NCBI GenBank assembly: GCA_965203555.1
Contig: CBDBCY010000004.1
Location: forward strand, 1,472,001-1,536,000
DNA length: 64,000 nt
Direction: 5' to 3'
Origin: Acidimicrobiia bacterium
Lineage (GTDB): Bacteria > Actinomycetota > Acidimicrobiia > Spongiisociales > ZC4RG35
The notes beneath the pieces are model-generated. The model saw only the letters and a program-made list of their open reading frames with translations, searched no databases and was not told the origin of the DNA. The translations under genes were made by a program, and so were the position numbers. Of the stretch, positions 40,142-50,218 are shown one piece after another. Position 1 is the first letter of the stretch; each line of letters opens with the position of its first letter.

Positions 40142-41299
40142 TCAGAGCAGACCGACGTCCGTCTCCGGGTTGAACGGCCGGTTGTGAGGAATCGAATACT
40201 GATCCCATATTTTCGGGTTCATCGGGTCAGCCGTGTCGGCGATGTATTCCTCGACATTGTCGGCATTGACTATCAAGGCCGTCTGGTTTCGCCATATTGG
40301 AATCGATTCACCCTGCAGAGCTGCCGCCATCTCCATGCTGGCCAGGGCGCCGGATGCGCCGAACAGGAAAGAGGCCGATGCCTGCACGATCGACGTTCCT
40401 TTCTTCATTTCGTCCAGCGCGCCGGCAATGGCGTCCACGCCTCCGAGCCAGAAATCGTCGGGGTCGTCCCTGCCGGCCTCAAGAGCGGCCACCTGGGCTC
40501 CCAGCATTCCGTCGTCGTTGAAGCAGAGAATCGCATCCAGATCGGGATGGGCCTGAAGCAGGCTTGCGCCCCCGTCAACCCCTGTCTGGTTGCTAAATGC
40601 CTCGGCCTTTCCAACCAACTCCACGTCGGGAAGCAACTCGGCCATCTTGACTTCCATCGCCAGGGTCCGGGCGGTGAGGGCGGGAATCGAAGTAAGTTCG
40701 AACAACGCCCACTTGCCCTTCCCGCCTTTCTTCTCCTGGAACCATTCGGCCGCCGCCTCGGCAACTCCGAATCCTGCACCCACATTGTCCACTTGGATGA
40801 ATTGAGTAGTGGTGGGGAACCACGAGGTCCAAGTGATAGTAATCAAACCGGCGTCCTGGGCACGCTGACCCCAGTCCTCCCACCCTTCGGGCTGGATGTT
40901 GAAGATAAAGGCACCGTCGAAGTTCTGTGTTATGAAAGCCTCGGCGTCGGTGACCTGTTTCACCCCGTCTCCTCCGGCGTCGAGCACGGTTTCCACGTCC
41001 AGTCCCGTGCCTGCCATCTCCTGGTAGAGGCGGATGGCGTCGATGATCTCATCGTGCACACCGGCCTGCACCCATTGCGAAATCCCGCATCGCCTGCCCG
41101 CCAGCGGCGGTGCGGCGGTGGTGGTGGGCGCCGCCGTGGTAGTGGTAGCAGCCGCCGTGGTAGTGGTAGCGGCTTCCGCGCCGCAGGCGGCGAGACCGAT
41201 TCCCACCGCTCCCAATCCGGCCAGCCGAATAAAATCCCGGCGGCTGACATGAGTCAGATGCTCTCTCGGGTGCTTCTTCGAACTGTTCCTTCCAGACAT
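40142..41299 (-). CDS. Sugar ABC substrate-binding lipoprotein (Tat signal)
   Basis: SRRDFIR twin-arginine, LAAC lipobox, Thr/Ala linker, NDDG..GA and GVD of the periplasmic binding fold. Confidence 0.9.
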   Translation of the reverse strand: MSGRNSSKKHPREHLTHVSRRDFIRLAGLGAVGIGLAACGAEAATTTTAAATTTTAAPTTTAAPPLAGRRCGISQWVQAGVHDEIIDAIRLYQEMAGTGLDVETVLDAGGDGVKQVTDAEAFITQNFDGAFIFNIQPEGWEDWGQRAQDAGLITITWTSWFPTTTQFIQVDNVGAGFGVAEAAAEWFQEKKGGKGKWALFELTSIPALTARTLAMEVKMAELLPDVELVGKAEAFSNQTGVDGGASLLQAHPDLDAILCFNDDGMLGAQVAALEAGRDDPDDFWLGGVDAIAGALDEMKKGTSIVQASASFLFGASGALASMEMAAALQGESIPIWRNQTALIVNADNVEEYIADTADPMNPKIWDQYSIPHNRPFNPETDVGLL

Positions 41300-41314
41300 C
41301 TGAATCCTCCTGTC

Positions 41315-41360
41315 CGCTCTGATCTAGATATAAGAGATCATATCATTAGATATCTCGTCT
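41315..41360. promoter_or_regulatory. Putative GntR/FadR-type operator region
   Basis: AT-rich GATCT-AGATATAAG-AGATC palindrome and repeated AGATAT upstream of the ABC operon. Confidence 0.4.
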
Positions 41361-41868
41361 CCTCCATGAAAATCGCTAAAAAAGATACGCGTCCAATGAC
41401 TGCAGGATCACAGGAGTAACCCCACCGAACTCACCGACCCTGGCGCGCTCCCTCAATCTGCACGTTGGGGAAACCAAAGATCAAACCCGGTCCCTCCCCC
41501 ACAATCCTGCCATGAATCCCGCCCGATACCTTGAAAGTGTCACAGCGGCAGGCCACATTGGAACCAGCACAAACATCGAAGTGGTCCGGATCGCCTCGAT
41601 CATCAACAAGCCTCGACCATCGGCGAACGACCTTCACAACGTTTCGCCAGGTCGAGCAACCAAGCCGGCAACATTCCCCGGTTCGGACGGTCCTGCACTG
41701 CCCGACGTTTCTCGACCGGAAAGGCGGCGGCGGGTCGGGAGGGCAGTCCTAAGAATTAAGGACGCCCGACGGCCATCCGCAATAGACCTACATTTGCAGG
41801 TGCCCCGGTTCAGCCAGACTGATGAGGGGGGATTTGACGAAACTAACGCCGAAGTCGCTGGAATGCCT

Positions 41869-43617
41869 CTACACGAGTTGCCACTTGTTCCGTGGGCTAG
41901 TTCTGCTGGCTTCAGTAGGCCGCACCTCTGGCCATCTTCCTTTCCATTCGACGAAGCCACCGGAGAACCGCCTCCACGGGTCATGCCCAACTCCTCCGCC
42001 AAAATGGCCCGCCGACTAGAGGCCCATCCATGCCAGCAGAATTCGTATTTGAGACGACCGCTCACCACGGGCCGCGCCAGCAGCTTTCATTCTTGCCGTT
42101 CCTCTCTGCTCGGAACGGACAGCGCGCAGGTGCCGTGAAAGGCACCACACTGTCCAGAGTTTGTCACTGGTCTTTTCAATCATCCCCCTGCTGGCCAGTC
42201 CAGCCAGTTCACCACTTGCTGTCTGAGAGTCACAACCGGTCAAGACGCGGTACTGGGAGCTAGTTAAAGATCTATTGCGACGCAAAAACACCAGGCCGAG
42301 GCGCTGCCGATCACTGAGGCCGGTGGTGTCGAAGGTCGATAGCCATTGCACAGCCGCCGAATCAAGCAGTCCGTGGTTGCGGACAATCACCTTGAAGCTG
42401 TTGACATCATCTCTGATGATCGGTGGTTCCAAGCCAGCCTTCCTGAGAAAGGCAGCAATGGTCAAGAGACCCGAACCTCGGTTTTCGCAGACAGTCCGGC
42501 CCGAACGTGGCACTTCAACATCTTCCAGCATTTTGGCAAGTTGAGCGTTGCGCGAGGAGGTCACCGGTTCGGCAAGTAGCTTCTCACGGTCGACCGCACC
42601 GTGGAGCCCACCGGGGCTCACGACTTCTAGTCGGTCGGGATACAATTCGATTCGGACCTGCGTGCCGTGCGCCAGTGGATGGTAGTCGCGGTGCATGAGG
42701 GCATTCACAATAATCTCACGCACCACTTGTTCGGGATACTCCCAGTGATCCATGCGACCCTCCCCGGTTACGACAGCTCGTCGTTTCAAGTTCCGTCGCA
42801 CAGCGGCCACAGCACCAACCACCATCTCTGGAATGGGACCATCTATAGATTCGTTATCGAGAAAACGGGTCCCGTCGTCAAGTGGCTCACCATTTAAAGT
42901 CGGATAGGCCACGAATGTCACATTGAGTTGGGGAACGAATTGCTGAGGGTAACGTCCCAAAGAGAGAAGACCTGCAAGACTGATTCCAGGATCTCCGTCA
43001 CCGACGGTCACGCCAACCATGCGCAAGATATCTTGGTCATCCGAGTTGCTAACCGCTGGGCCACGGCGGCGCATGCGACGCAACAGGGCAGCGACCAACT
43101 CTCGGTCTAGGTGTTCGTAGGTGGCGTCGGCGACCAAGGTCATATCATTCCGAGGCTGGCCGCGGCCCGACATCAAGACATGAATCTCGTAGCCACTCAA
43201 CCGCCGGTCTCCATCGTGAGTGCGTATGTAAGCACCACCCTCAAGACCTCGGCTCTTCACATAACATGGCTTCTGCGCAGGGGACAACTCCTCCACCAAC
43301 GCTGCCACAACCTGATGACCCTTGATAGTGACGATCTCTATCTCCGGGCGAATCGATGGTTCAAGGTCATCTGCACAAGCGGCCGCTAGATCAGCGGCAA
43401 GCTTCGCGGCATCGACATTCACCGGCTCAAAGGCAGGATCGCTCAACCCGAGCAGCAGCAAACCGCCGCTCGTGTTGGCAAAGGCGGCAATTGAGTTTAT
43501 GGCTTTTTTGGGCAGTCCACCCTCTGCTTGCTTAGCTTCCACGGTCCGATAGTCAGTCCCGATCTCTCTCATTTGCCGCACAGCCGCATAAGCCTGCTTC
43601 TGAAGATCCGTTGTCAT
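41869..43617 (-). CDS. AlbA_2 (Schlafen-like) + HATPase_c_4 + wHTH ATP-binding protein; C-terminal wHTH frameshifted
   Basis: VEAK, AFANTSGG, REIIVNALMHRDY, SPGGL, RN..LA, ENRGSG; ORF stops at 42016 but the wHTH continues in shifted frames to TAG at 41869. Confidence 0.85.
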
Positions 43618-43925
43618 CGATCTGTGGGGTTTGGTTTGCTAGCTAACAAAAAGACCAACTCGTTTTCTGTTGAAACAGGCAAAATACTTCCAGTTACCTT
43701 GGCGAATTTGCTAGTAACTCCAAAATTTATAAGGCTACCTTGGTACTATCAAAGACTAGCATAGCAAATTGCAGGCTATTAGCTAGCTCTTAACAAGTCG
43801 ACCCGACTGGTGGCCTTTCGACCATGGAATTTGCGGGTTTCTTAGCCCTGCTTGGATTCCACGTCCTGGTTCACAATCCCTTCCAGGCTACAAGGTCCAA
43901 TGCCTTTGAGTGGGACCAGCCCCTA

Positions 43926-45038
43926 CTAAGGACGAATCTGGGCAATTATCTCCTCAACAGAGAGGCCTTCTAGGCCCAAGCGCTTCAAAGTGCGACCTTC
44001 GGTTATGGCCTTTTGCAAACCAACGGCGGACGCCATGGTCAGCAAGGCCGAGGCCACTGGGGTAGGCACCCCGGCCACCTTTGCCAACTCCACCATCGGC
44101 AGGAGTCCGTAACCGAAGTCCTCGGTGTAGTAGCGATGACCCAGAGAATCGGGGGCCATTATCCGGGCGTTGGCGCTGCCGGTGGAAATCGCTCCCTGTA
44201 TGTCGTCCAGATCTGCGCCGGGGTCCACCGTGCCGATGGCCGACATCTCCTCCATCAGGGACCACAAACGGTAACCAAAGGCGGAGGCCACTGCCAGCCG
44301 CTCTTCGTCCAGGCTCGCCATGACCGACGCCACCCCCGAAGTCATCCCTTCCACATAGAACCGGAAATCCCCACCGGTGGCCTCCACCCAGGCCGCTCCC
44401 AGGATGGCACCGGGAGGATGAAGCACCATGTTCACCTCCGCCAGCCCCACCGCCAGGACATCGGGCTGCCTTATCACTCCGGGATACAGCAGATCCGCCA
44501 GATCCAAAGCTCTTTCTCCACCGCCAAGGCATCCGGCCAGCATCCGGGAGGCGGCCCCGGTTATGTTCACCACCCACTGCCAGCCGCCTTCCGCGGCCTC
44601 GTCCCCGCTCGCCGAGGCCGGGAAGGCTCGTACCGTGTAAGGCAGGGTCGAACACTCGGCCACGGGGGATATCGGCTCCAGCCCGGCATCACCCATCACC
44701 TTCGCCACCTCCAAGGCCCCTCCCAGATGCCCGGGCGCCAGTATCACAGGTATCCCGCAGTAGGCATCCGCCAAGAGTCGGGCGATATGACGGTGAGCAG
44801 TGGAAGGCAGGCAAACCAGGATCCCGGCCGCCCCCACCATCGCCGACGGCAGATCGTCAGTGCAGGTAACGGGCATCACCCCGTCTCCGAACACTCCCCG
44901 GTAGGCAAGCCGGAATCCCGTCGGAGGCCTCTGGAGCACGGTGCGACGCCACCAGATGACATCGAATCCCCGAAGCGTCAGGTCCACGGTGGCGCCCATG
45001 CCCCCCGCTCCCCCTCCCATCACCACTATCCGGGTCAT
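43926..45038 (-). CDS. NAD/NADP octopine/nopaline (opine) dehydrogenase family protein
   Basis: GGGAGG, N..LHPP, FRFYVEG, HRYYTEDFGYGL, VPTP. Confidence 0.88.
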   Translation of the reverse strand: MTRIVVMGGGAGGMGATVDLTLRGFDVIWWRRTVLQRPPTGFRLAYRGVFGDGVMPVTCTDDLPSAMVGAAGILVCLPSTAHRHIARLLADAYCGIPVILAPGHLGGALEVAKVMGDAGLEPISPVAECSTLPYTVRAFPASASGDEAAEGGWQWVVNITGAASRMLAGCLGGGERALDLADLLYPGVIRQPDVLAVGLAEVNMVLHPPGAILGAAWVEATGGDFRFYVEGMTSGVASVMASLDEERLAVASAFGYRLWSLMEEMSAIGTVDPGADLDDIQGAISTGSANARIMAPDSLGHRYYTEDFGYGLLPMVELAKVAGVPTPVASALLTMASAVGLQKAITEGRTLKRLGLEGLSVEEIIAQIRP

Positions 45039-45041
45039 GGG

Positions 45042-46232
45042 CTACCCCTCACTCGACAGATCCAGGACTTTCACCTCGGCAACCGAGTACCCTTCCACCT
45101 TGGCCAAGTCGACCTCCACTCCCAGGCCAGGCCCGTCGGGTACCATCACCCGTCCCTCTTCGAAACCGAACGCCCCGGTGATCAGGTCATCGGTGTAGTA
45201 GATGCCGGCGATTTCAGGACGGTCGCTACCTTCGGAACCCGAGACCGGGCAAACACTGGGTAGGACAGCGTTCTCCGCCGCCGCTCCCAGCGCCAGGTTG
45301 GCGGCGTTGCCGATTCCCGTTTCGATCGAGCCGCCGATGTCGCACATCATGCCCAGGCGACGGGCGGTCTCGGCTTGCTGGCGGGCTCGGAAGAGGCCTC
45401 CCGGTTTGGTGACGTAACAAGAAAAGTATTCGGCGGCGCCCAAGTCGACCAGTTCCCATATGTCCTCCACCGTCCACGCCGACTCGTCGGCCATCACCGG
45501 CGTATCGATCCGCTGAGCCACCGCCGCCAATCCTTCCGCCCCCGCTACGGGTTGCTCGCACAGCATGATGTCATACTCCTCCTGGGCCCTGGTCACTCTC
45601 ACCGCTTCCGCAACATGGGAATACCCCTCATTCCCGTCCACTCTGATCTTGACATCGGGACCCACTAGTTCCCGGAGACGCCGCACCAACTCCACATCTC
45701 GAACCGGGTCAAGTCCGGTCTTGCACTTGATGGTCAATGCCCCCTCGGCCACTGCCCGCCCGGCTTCCTCCAAGCAGCGGTCGATGGACATGATTCCCAA
45801 GGAATGCGCCAGTTCGATCCCCTGCCGGTGAGAGCCTCCCAGGAGGGTGGATATCCCCACCCCCATGGCCCGTCCGGCCAAGTCGTAGCAGGCCATGTCG
45901 ATCATGGCCTTGGCATAAGGATGGCCCTTGACGGCTTTGTCCATCCGGGCGTGGACCACCGCGATCTCACGAGGGTCGAGGCCGGCCACGGCCGGAAGCA
46001 AGTGGTTGGCCGCCACTGTCTGCACCGTCTCGGGCGACTCGCCGTAGTAGCGCATCGCCGATCCACCCCAGGTGATCCCGGCCGGCGCTTCCCCCCAACC
46101 TTCCAAGTCCTGGTCGGTCCCCAGGCGCAGTATGGCATGGCGACCGATGGGAGCAGTCATCTTGGACGCCCATGTGTGGTGGCGACGAGTAGGTAAGGCC
46201 ACTATCCAGATGGCGGCGGTGGCGATCCTCAC
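45042..46232 (-). CDS. Enolase superfamily, muconate lactonizing enzyme subgroup
   Basis: GWGE, KCK, DGN, EQP, ADES, K.GGL. Confidence 0.88.
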   Translation of the reverse strand: MRIATAAIWIVALPTRRHHTWASKMTAPIGRHAILRLGTDQDLEGWGEAPAGITWGGSAMRYYGESPETVQTVAANHLLPAVAGLDPREIAVVHARMDKAVKGHPYAKAMIDMACYDLAGRAMGVGISTLLGGSHRQGIELAHSLGIMSIDRCLEEAGRAVAEGALTIKCKTGLDPVRDVELVRRLRELVGPDVKIRVDGNEGYSHVAEAVRVTRAQEEYDIMLCEQPVAGAEGLAAVAQRIDTPVMADESAWTVEDIWELVDLGAAEYFSCYVTKPGGLFRARQQAETARRLGMMCDIGGSIETGIGNAANLALGAAAENAVLPSVCPVSGSEGSDRPEIAGIYYTDDLITGAFGFEEGRVMVPDGPGLGVEVDLAKVEGYSVAEVKVLDLSSEG

Positions 46233-47224
46233 GTCTTTTCCGTCTCGTAGAGCTCGATCTCATTGCCGTCGGGATCGGCCACATAGACGGTGAGGCCGTA
46301 AGGTCCGGGTCCCAGGGGACGAACGATCCGGTAACCCGCCGCCGCCACCATCCGCTCGAACTCGGCCACTCCTTCCACCTCGAACGCAAAGTGGTCCACC
46401 TGCCCGCCCTTGCCCGTACCTCCTTCGGTGAGCCCCAAGCCCTGCTCTATTCCGATGAAGCGACGTCCGTCCCGAAAAGGCGTGCGGTTTTTGACCTTGA
46501 GTCCCAGCAGATCGACGTAGAAGCGCTCAGCGGCGTCCAGGTCGGTGGTCTCCAGCAGCACATGTCGTATCCCTTTTACCACCGGTCGTAGGCTCTCTTC
46601 CAACCAGTCGGTGACTTGCCCTGACGTCGTGAGATGGGCCAGGTAGTGCGACCAGACTTCCAGGGCGGATGGTTCCCATCGAGGACGGACCCCGGCGATA
46701 CAGTCGGTTACCGCCACCACGTCGTAGTCCCGCAGGTAAGCCTCCCGCACGGTGGTCTCGACACAGGCGTTCAGCGTCACCCCCGTTATGAACAGGGTCC
46801 GCACCCCCAGCATGCGCAGCAAGGCTTCGAGGCGCGTCTCATAGAAGGCGCCGAACCGGTGCTTTTGCACAACCATGGTCGGATCATCGGCCAGACCCGC
46901 CAATTCCTCCACGATCTCCGCATCCCAGGTCCCCGCCAGGGCCGCCACCCTCGAACGTCGCTCGGTGTGGGATGGAAGGCGCTTCCGCTGCCGGCCCCGG
47001 TCCGGTTGGAGATGGGCCTGGACCGTCCAGACGACCGGGATGCCGGCCCCCTTGAAGGCCGAGACCATTTTGCCCAGGGGCGCATAGACCCTTCGGACCG
47101 GACCGACATCCACTCCCGAATCGCCCAAGGTCCCCTCCGGATGGCAAAAGGCGTTCTGCATGTCGATCACCAGCAACGCCGACGATCCTGCGTCGAGAGC
47201 AGAAAGGCTGGAGACCTCGCTCAT
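46229..47224 (-). CDS. Isochorismatase-like cysteine hydrolase fused to a C-terminal VOC domain
   Basis: VIDMQN, KHRFGAF, CVETT.REA; C-terminal HV..ET.DL..AERFY..LLGL...DPDGNEIE. Confidence 0.88.
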   Translation of the reverse strand: MSEVSSLSALDAGSSALLVIDMQNAFCHPEGTLGDSGVDVGPVRRVYAPLGKMVSAFKGAGIPVVWTVQAHLQPDRGRQRKRLPSHTERRSRVAALAGTWDAEIVEELAGLADDPTMVVQKHRFGAFYETRLEALLRMLGVRTLFITGVTLNACVETTVREAYLRDYDVVAVTDCIAGVRPRWEPSALEVWSHYLAHLTTSGQVTDWLEESLRPVVKGIRHVLLETTDLDAAERFYVDLLGLKVKNRTPFRDGRRFIGIEQGLGLTEGGTGKGGQVDHFAFEVEGVAEFERMVAAAGYRIVRPLGPGPYGLTVYVADPDGNEIELYETEKT

Positions 47225-47415
47225 ACGTCGGTGCGATCCGGACCGAGCACGCCGGCCAGTCCCCAACTTTCCCGCGGAACATCATGAATGATCACATGCA
47301 GAGCATCCGGTCGGGCGTCGGCATGTTCCACCATCGCCTCGGTGATGGCTTTCACCAGTCGACGCTTTTGTTCGACGGTCCTTCCTTCCCACATCTCCAC
47401 CGTAACAACCGGCAC
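47221..47415 (-). CDS. 4-oxalocrotonate tautomerase family protein
   Basis: 64 aa, Pro-1, EGRTVEQKRRL, WGLAG. Confidence 0.92.
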   Translation of the reverse strand: MPVVTVEMWEGRTVEQKRRLVKAITEAMVEHADARPDALHVIIHDVPRESWGLAGVLGPDRTDV

Positions 47416-47560
47416 GGCGCTGCTCCCTTCTTGGTGCTCGCATCTAAATTTAGGGCAGTTGCAGCCAGCCGTTTCCGATAGCCTTCACAGCATCACTCAA
47501 CCACCCGCTTCCGAGGCCCCCCACCCTTCCTTGGCCCCCCACCCTTCCTTCATCTGGGAG

Positions 47561-49306
47561 ATGGTAGTTCTGGGTGACCGGATGGCGGCTTTGTCCCTGG
47601 CGTCCGAAGCTGTGGCGGGTGGTCTTCAACGGGTGCTGGTGCTCTCCCCCTCCGACCCCGGGGTCCACCCCGGCCGTTTCGAGGCGCCGGGAATGACGGT
47701 GCGGTACGAGACTGTGGCCCGGCGCGTCCGCCAGGTACGCGGCCCTCTCCTGGTTGTGGACACCTCCACCGGTCCGGTGACGGCCCGGATGGTGGTGTTG
47801 GATCTGCCCCACCCTCCCCCGGATCGGCGCTCGCCGCGAATTGCCGTCGACCCTTCGGTGTCCCACCGGGTGTTCACCCATCCGACCCAATTGGAAACGG
47901 CCCCCGGGGACGTGGTGGTGACGGGAGAGGGTGACGAGCCGGTGGAGTGGACCCTGCAACTCCTGAACGAGGGAGCGAAGGTGGTCCTGTGCATTCATCA
48001 CACCGAATTCGGCAAGATGTCCTTTCTGGCCAGACGAACCGTCCGGCGCCTCGAGGCCCAGCGGCAGATCACTGTGTTCTGGCAATCCCCGCCGACCCGG
48101 GTCTACGACATCAAGGGTTACCCGATGGTGACCTTCGGCAATCGCCAGACCCCCGATCTGCAGTTCGATCATGTGCTGGTCTCAGGACCCGAAGCGTCCG
48201 CCACCCAACTGCTGGAGGGTTCCGGAGTCGAGGTGGAGAAGGGACCTCTCCCCATTCACCTGCTGGTTCACCGGCATGGAATGGAAGAGGACCCCGAGGG
48301 GGTGGTCACCCTCCCCGCCGACCGGGCCTGGGAAACCACGCGGTCCCGACACTTTGCTTCCCTGCCCTTCCTGCCCCACCGGGAGACTCCGGTCCGGGCC
48401 GGGCAGCGGCTGTTCAACCTGGAAAACCGTTTTTACAACGCCACCATTACCTGGTTCCGGAGGGTTAATCCCGATCTGTGGATCGTCAGAGTGCAGCCCG
48501 ACCAGCGCGATTCCCCTCTGGTGCCCGGACAATACGCCACCCTGGGACTGGGTTACTGGGAACCGAGGGTGGACGGCGCCGAAGACCGGCTGGTAGGCGA
48601 GGAGCGACTGGTGAGAAGGTCCTATTCCATCTCCTCCCGTATCTTCGACTCCAAGGGATACCTGACCGATCCGGCCTACGAGGAGCACCTCGAGTTCTAT
48701 ATCGTGCTGGTCCGACCCAATGTGGACCGTCTTCCGGGTCTGACGCCCAGACTGGCTCTCAAACATGAGGGAGACCGGATCTATTTGGGACCCCGGATGG
48801 CCGGTCGCTACACCCTGGCGGGCGTGACAGACCCCTTTTCCGATGTGCTGTTCCTGGCCACCGGCACTGGGGAGGCGCCCCACAACGCCATGGCCGTGGA
48901 GTTGTTCCGCAAGGGACACCAGGGCCGCGTGATTTCGGTGGTCTCGGTCAGATACGCGGCCGACCTCGGATACGTGGCCCGGCACCGGGCCCTGGAAGAA
49001 CGCTTTCCCAACTACCGCTACCTGCCATTGGTCACCCGCGAGGACGCCCCTGGGACGCTGAGGATGCGCATCCAGCAGTTGATCGCCGAGGACCGGCTCA
49101 CCGAGGAGACCGGCCTGGAACTCGATCCCTCCCGCCTGAAGGTCTTCATGTGCGGCAACCCGGCCATGATCGGGGCACCGGAGTGGCTGGACGATCAACC
49201 GACCTTCAGTGAGACGCTGGGAGTAGCCCAACTGTTGGCGGAGCGGGGATTTACCCTCCCTCGTCATGGCGTCAAATCGAATATTCACTATGAAGAGTAC
49301 TGGTAG
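47561..49306 (+). CDS. Ferredoxin-NADP reductase with an N-terminal degenerate TrxB-like domain (start uncertain)
   Basis: PGQYATLGL, RRSYSISS, ATGTGEAP, MCGNPAMI, C-terminal YEEYW. Confidence 0.8.
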   Translation: MVVLGDRMAALSLASEAVAGGLQRVLVLSPSDPGVHPGRFEAPGMTVRYETVARRVRQVRGPLLVVDTSTGPVTARMVVLDLPHPPPDRRSPRIAVDPSVSHRVFTHPTQLETAPGDVVVTGEGDEPVEWTLQLLNEGAKVVLCIHHTEFGKMSFLARRTVRRLEAQRQITVFWQSPPTRVYDIKGYPMVTFGNRQTPDLQFDHVLVSGPEASATQLLEGSGVEVEKGPLPIHLLVHRHGMEEDPEGVVTLPADRAWETTRSRHFASLPFLPHRETPVRAGQRLFNLENRFYNATITWFRRVNPDLWIVRVQPDQRDSPLVPGQYATLGLGYWEPRVDGAEDRLVGEERLVRRSYSISSRIFDSKGYLTDPAYEEHLEFYIVLVRPNVDRLPGLTPRLALKHEGDRIYLGPRMAGRYTLAGVTDPFSDVLFLATGTGEAPHNAMAVELFRKGHQGRVISVVSVRYAADLGYVARHRALEERFPNYRYLPLVTREDAPGTLRMRIQQLIAEDRLTEETGLELDPSRLKVFMCGNPAMIGAPEWLDDQPTFSETLGVAQLLAERGFTLPRHGVKSNIHYEEYW

Positions 49307-49315
49307 AAACAGGAC

Positions 49316-50218
49316 ATGACTGTCCGGTGGAGCGAGAAGGGGATCGCGGTGGTGGGAGGAGACCGCCGAGAGCAGGAGATCGCCCGACAGGCCGCAGCCA
49401 CCGGAGCCTCGGTCCGTGCCCACGGGTTCCCGTGGCCCGACCAGGGCATCCGCGGCGTGACACTGTGCGGGAACCCGCTGGAGGCCATGGAAGGCGCCCA
49501 TTACGGCCTTCTTCCCATTCCCGGTATCGCTTCGAACGGCGCTCTCTTCGCACCTGCGGCCCCCCGACCGATCATCCTGGGAGTCGGAGAACTGTATTCA
49601 ATGGCCCCGGGCGCCCACCTGATAATGGGTGAGGCCGACCCTCGCCTGCGGGCTGCCGCGGCCCGGGCCGGGATCCGTATCGCAGAATACGAGAACGACC
49701 GGGAACTGATGCTGCGGCGGGGCCCCGCCATCGTGGAGGGGGCGTTGGGAAAGATCATCGAACTGACCGAGATCACCATTCACAACGCCCGGGTGGGAAT
49801 GGTCGGTCAGGGGACCATCGGGTCGCTCCTCACTCGCACGCTGGTGCTTTTGGGAGCGAACGTGCTGGTGGCCGCCCGAAGTCCCGTCCAGCGGGCGGCG
49901 GCGGAAGCCGTCGGGGCATCCGCCGTGCATCTCGATCAACTTGCCGATCATGCCCACCGGCTGGACATGCTCCTCTCCACCGTCCCCGTCCAAGTGGTGG
50001 GAGAAGAGGTGCTCAGCCGGTTACCGGCGGGCGGTCTGGTGATGGATCTGGCGGCGCCGCCGGGAGGGGTGGACTTGGAGTTGGCCGCCCGGATGGGTCA
50101 CAATACCTGCTGGGCAAGAGGTTTGGGCGACCGGGCGCCGGTGACGGTCGGCGCCTCCCAATGGGAGGGCATCCGAAAGAGAATAGAACAGATCGAAGGG
50201 GCGTCCCATGAAAGCTGA
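49316..50218 (+). CDS. Dipicolinate synthase subunit A-like (DpaA/SpoVFA fold) oxidoreductase
   Basis: VVGGDRRE, EGA....TEITIH, G.G.IG, DLAAPPGGVD, GL...APVT.G. Confidence 0.8.
   Translation: MTVRWSEKGIAVVGGDRREQEIARQAAATGASVRAHGFPWPDQGIRGVTLCGNPLEAMEGAHYGLLPIPGIASNGALFAPAAPRPIILGVGELYSMAPGAHLIMGEADPRLRAAAARAGIRIAEYENDRELMLRRGPAIVEGALGKIIELTEITIHNARVGMVGQGTIGSLLTRTLVLLGANVLVAARSPVQRAAAEAVGASAVHLDQLADHAHRLDMLLSTVPVQVVGEEVLSRLPAGGLVMDLAAPPGGVDLELAARMGHNTCWARGLGDRAPVTVGASQWEGIRKRIEQIEGASHES

Noticed and set aside
41431-41868. ORFs 41512..42138, 41431..41637 and similar
   Set aside because: No recognisable motifs; overlapping short frames typical of intergenic GC-rich DNA
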